DNA of 64,000 nucleotides from a bacterium (GTDB lineage Bacteria; Patescibacteriota; Minisyncoccia; UBA6257; JAGOQP01): NCBI GenBank assembly GCA_021812345.1, contig JAKANP010000002.1, positions 6,394 to 70,393 of the forward strand, read 5' to 3'. Shown piece by piece: positions 63,253 to 64,000 of this stretch (position 1 is its first letter; each line of letters starts with the position of its first letter). The notes under the pieces were generated by a model. It saw only the letters and a program-made list of their open reading frames with translations, ran no database searches and was not told where the DNA came from. The position numbers and the translations under genes were made by a program.

Positions 63253-63895
63253 TGATTAATTATACCACCAAAAACGATCAATATTAATAAATAAATTATT
63301 TTAATATTAATACGAGATTATTTTGCTTTTTGTTTTTAATTAATTTTTAATTTTACAACAATCAGAATCATATGCATTGTCTGATTGTCTAAGTTCAACT
63401 TGGACGATAACTCAATTTGAACAATCCCTTGCCGGACTTTTTCATCTTATTTTTGATTGCCAATCCCTTGCCGGACTTTAATGTTTTATGCTCATAAACA
63501 TTTTTTAATTGAAAGTTTAAATAAAAGACATCAAAAAAAGCTAGTAACCATGCCGAAAGTGAGTTTCCGCATAAAACCTAGCGTTTTCAAAAAATAGTCA
63601 AAATAGCGTGAAACATTCGTTTTTTGAAAAAAGTCATCTACCGCTTGGTTACTAGCTTTTTTAAAATTGTTTCACAAAAATGTTTCACGTGAAACATTTT
63701 GAACCATATTTTGATGGTCAAATGTGAGATAAAATGTTTCACGTGAAACATTTTATTCAAAATGAATCCGGCAAATTAACATTCTCCTTGCCGGACTCCT
63801 TGCCGGACTATATTGTTTCACGTGAAACATTTTTTACCAAAAAAGTCCGGCAATTAAAGTTTAAAAAACAAACATTATCGTATATAATGATATTT

Positions 63896-64000
63896 ATGAA
63901 TCATATTGAACTAGGTAAGATTGGTGAAAATATCGCCTGTGGATATCTCGTGAATAACAAATATGAAATTATCGACCGTAATTATAGAGAAAAGATTGGC
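63896..64000 (+). CDS. YraN/UPF0102-family putative endonuclease, N-terminal fragment (runs off window end)
   Basis: MNHIELGKIGENIACGYLVNNKYEIIDRNYREKIG matches the conserved YraN N-terminus (G.GE..A..YL...GY.I..RN.R...GE). The ATG at 63896 is preceded by an AT-rich region. Confidence 0.5.
   Translation, partial: MNHIELGKIGENIACGYLVNNKYEIIDRNYREKIG

Overview
This is a 64-kb AT-rich, gene-dense bacterial window (roughly 35% GC by eye). The gene content and style point to an ultra-small Candidate Phyla Radiation / Patescibacteria-type genome, but that taxon call is inference. About 60% of the coding sequence is housekeeping: metG fragment, M16 peptidase, Mur ligase, ruvA, rpsT, holA, mutM, ksgA, uvrD/pcrA-like helicase, comM, dksA-like, rpsO-NYN-pnp, xerC/D, hup, rny, gpmI, eno, ppsA, an H+-pyrophosphatase, and tRNA-Leu and tRNA-Val. 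The rest is accessory. (1) A minus-strand T4SS-like locus (about 8.0-20.5 kb) has a VirB4/TrbE ATPase, a separately encoded VirB4 N-terminal-like ORF, a PrgI/VirB3-like protein, a VirB6/TrbL-like polytopic protein, secreted and low-complexity proteins, and a pilin-like protein fused to a LAS-type (M15) peptidoglycan peptidase. No relaxase or VirD4 coupling ATPase is visible. (2) A tandem array of six paralogous VirB2/TrbC-like pilin genes lies separately at 34.0-36.3 kb. (3) A 1937-aa secreted protein combines a Zn-phospholipase C/P1-nuclease-like domain, a staphylococcal-nuclease domain and three lamin-tail domains. (4) A 1085-aa surface protein has a peptidoglycan-binding domain and an encoded (Gly-Thr)n repeat. 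(5) A modular, mosaic family of GC-rich intergenic repeats and hairpins occurs at three loci (about 28.35-28.68 kb, 37.77-38.06 kb, 60.22-60.59 kb). (6) tRNA-Leu sits just downstream of a tyrosine recombinase gene, and its 3' end is directly repeated 172 bp downstream, flanking a GC-rich structured insert. (7) Tandem hairpin repeats and a 28-bp perfect palindrome lie downstream of hup. (8) A 640-bp non-coding, palindrome-rich region at the 3' end of the window shares a GC-rich 10-mer with the coding repeats of an HTH gene 21 kb away. (9) A GGQ-less paralog sits next to an ArfB-like release-factor-domain protein. All functional calls come from motif and architecture recognition in the translated ORFs; no database searches were run.
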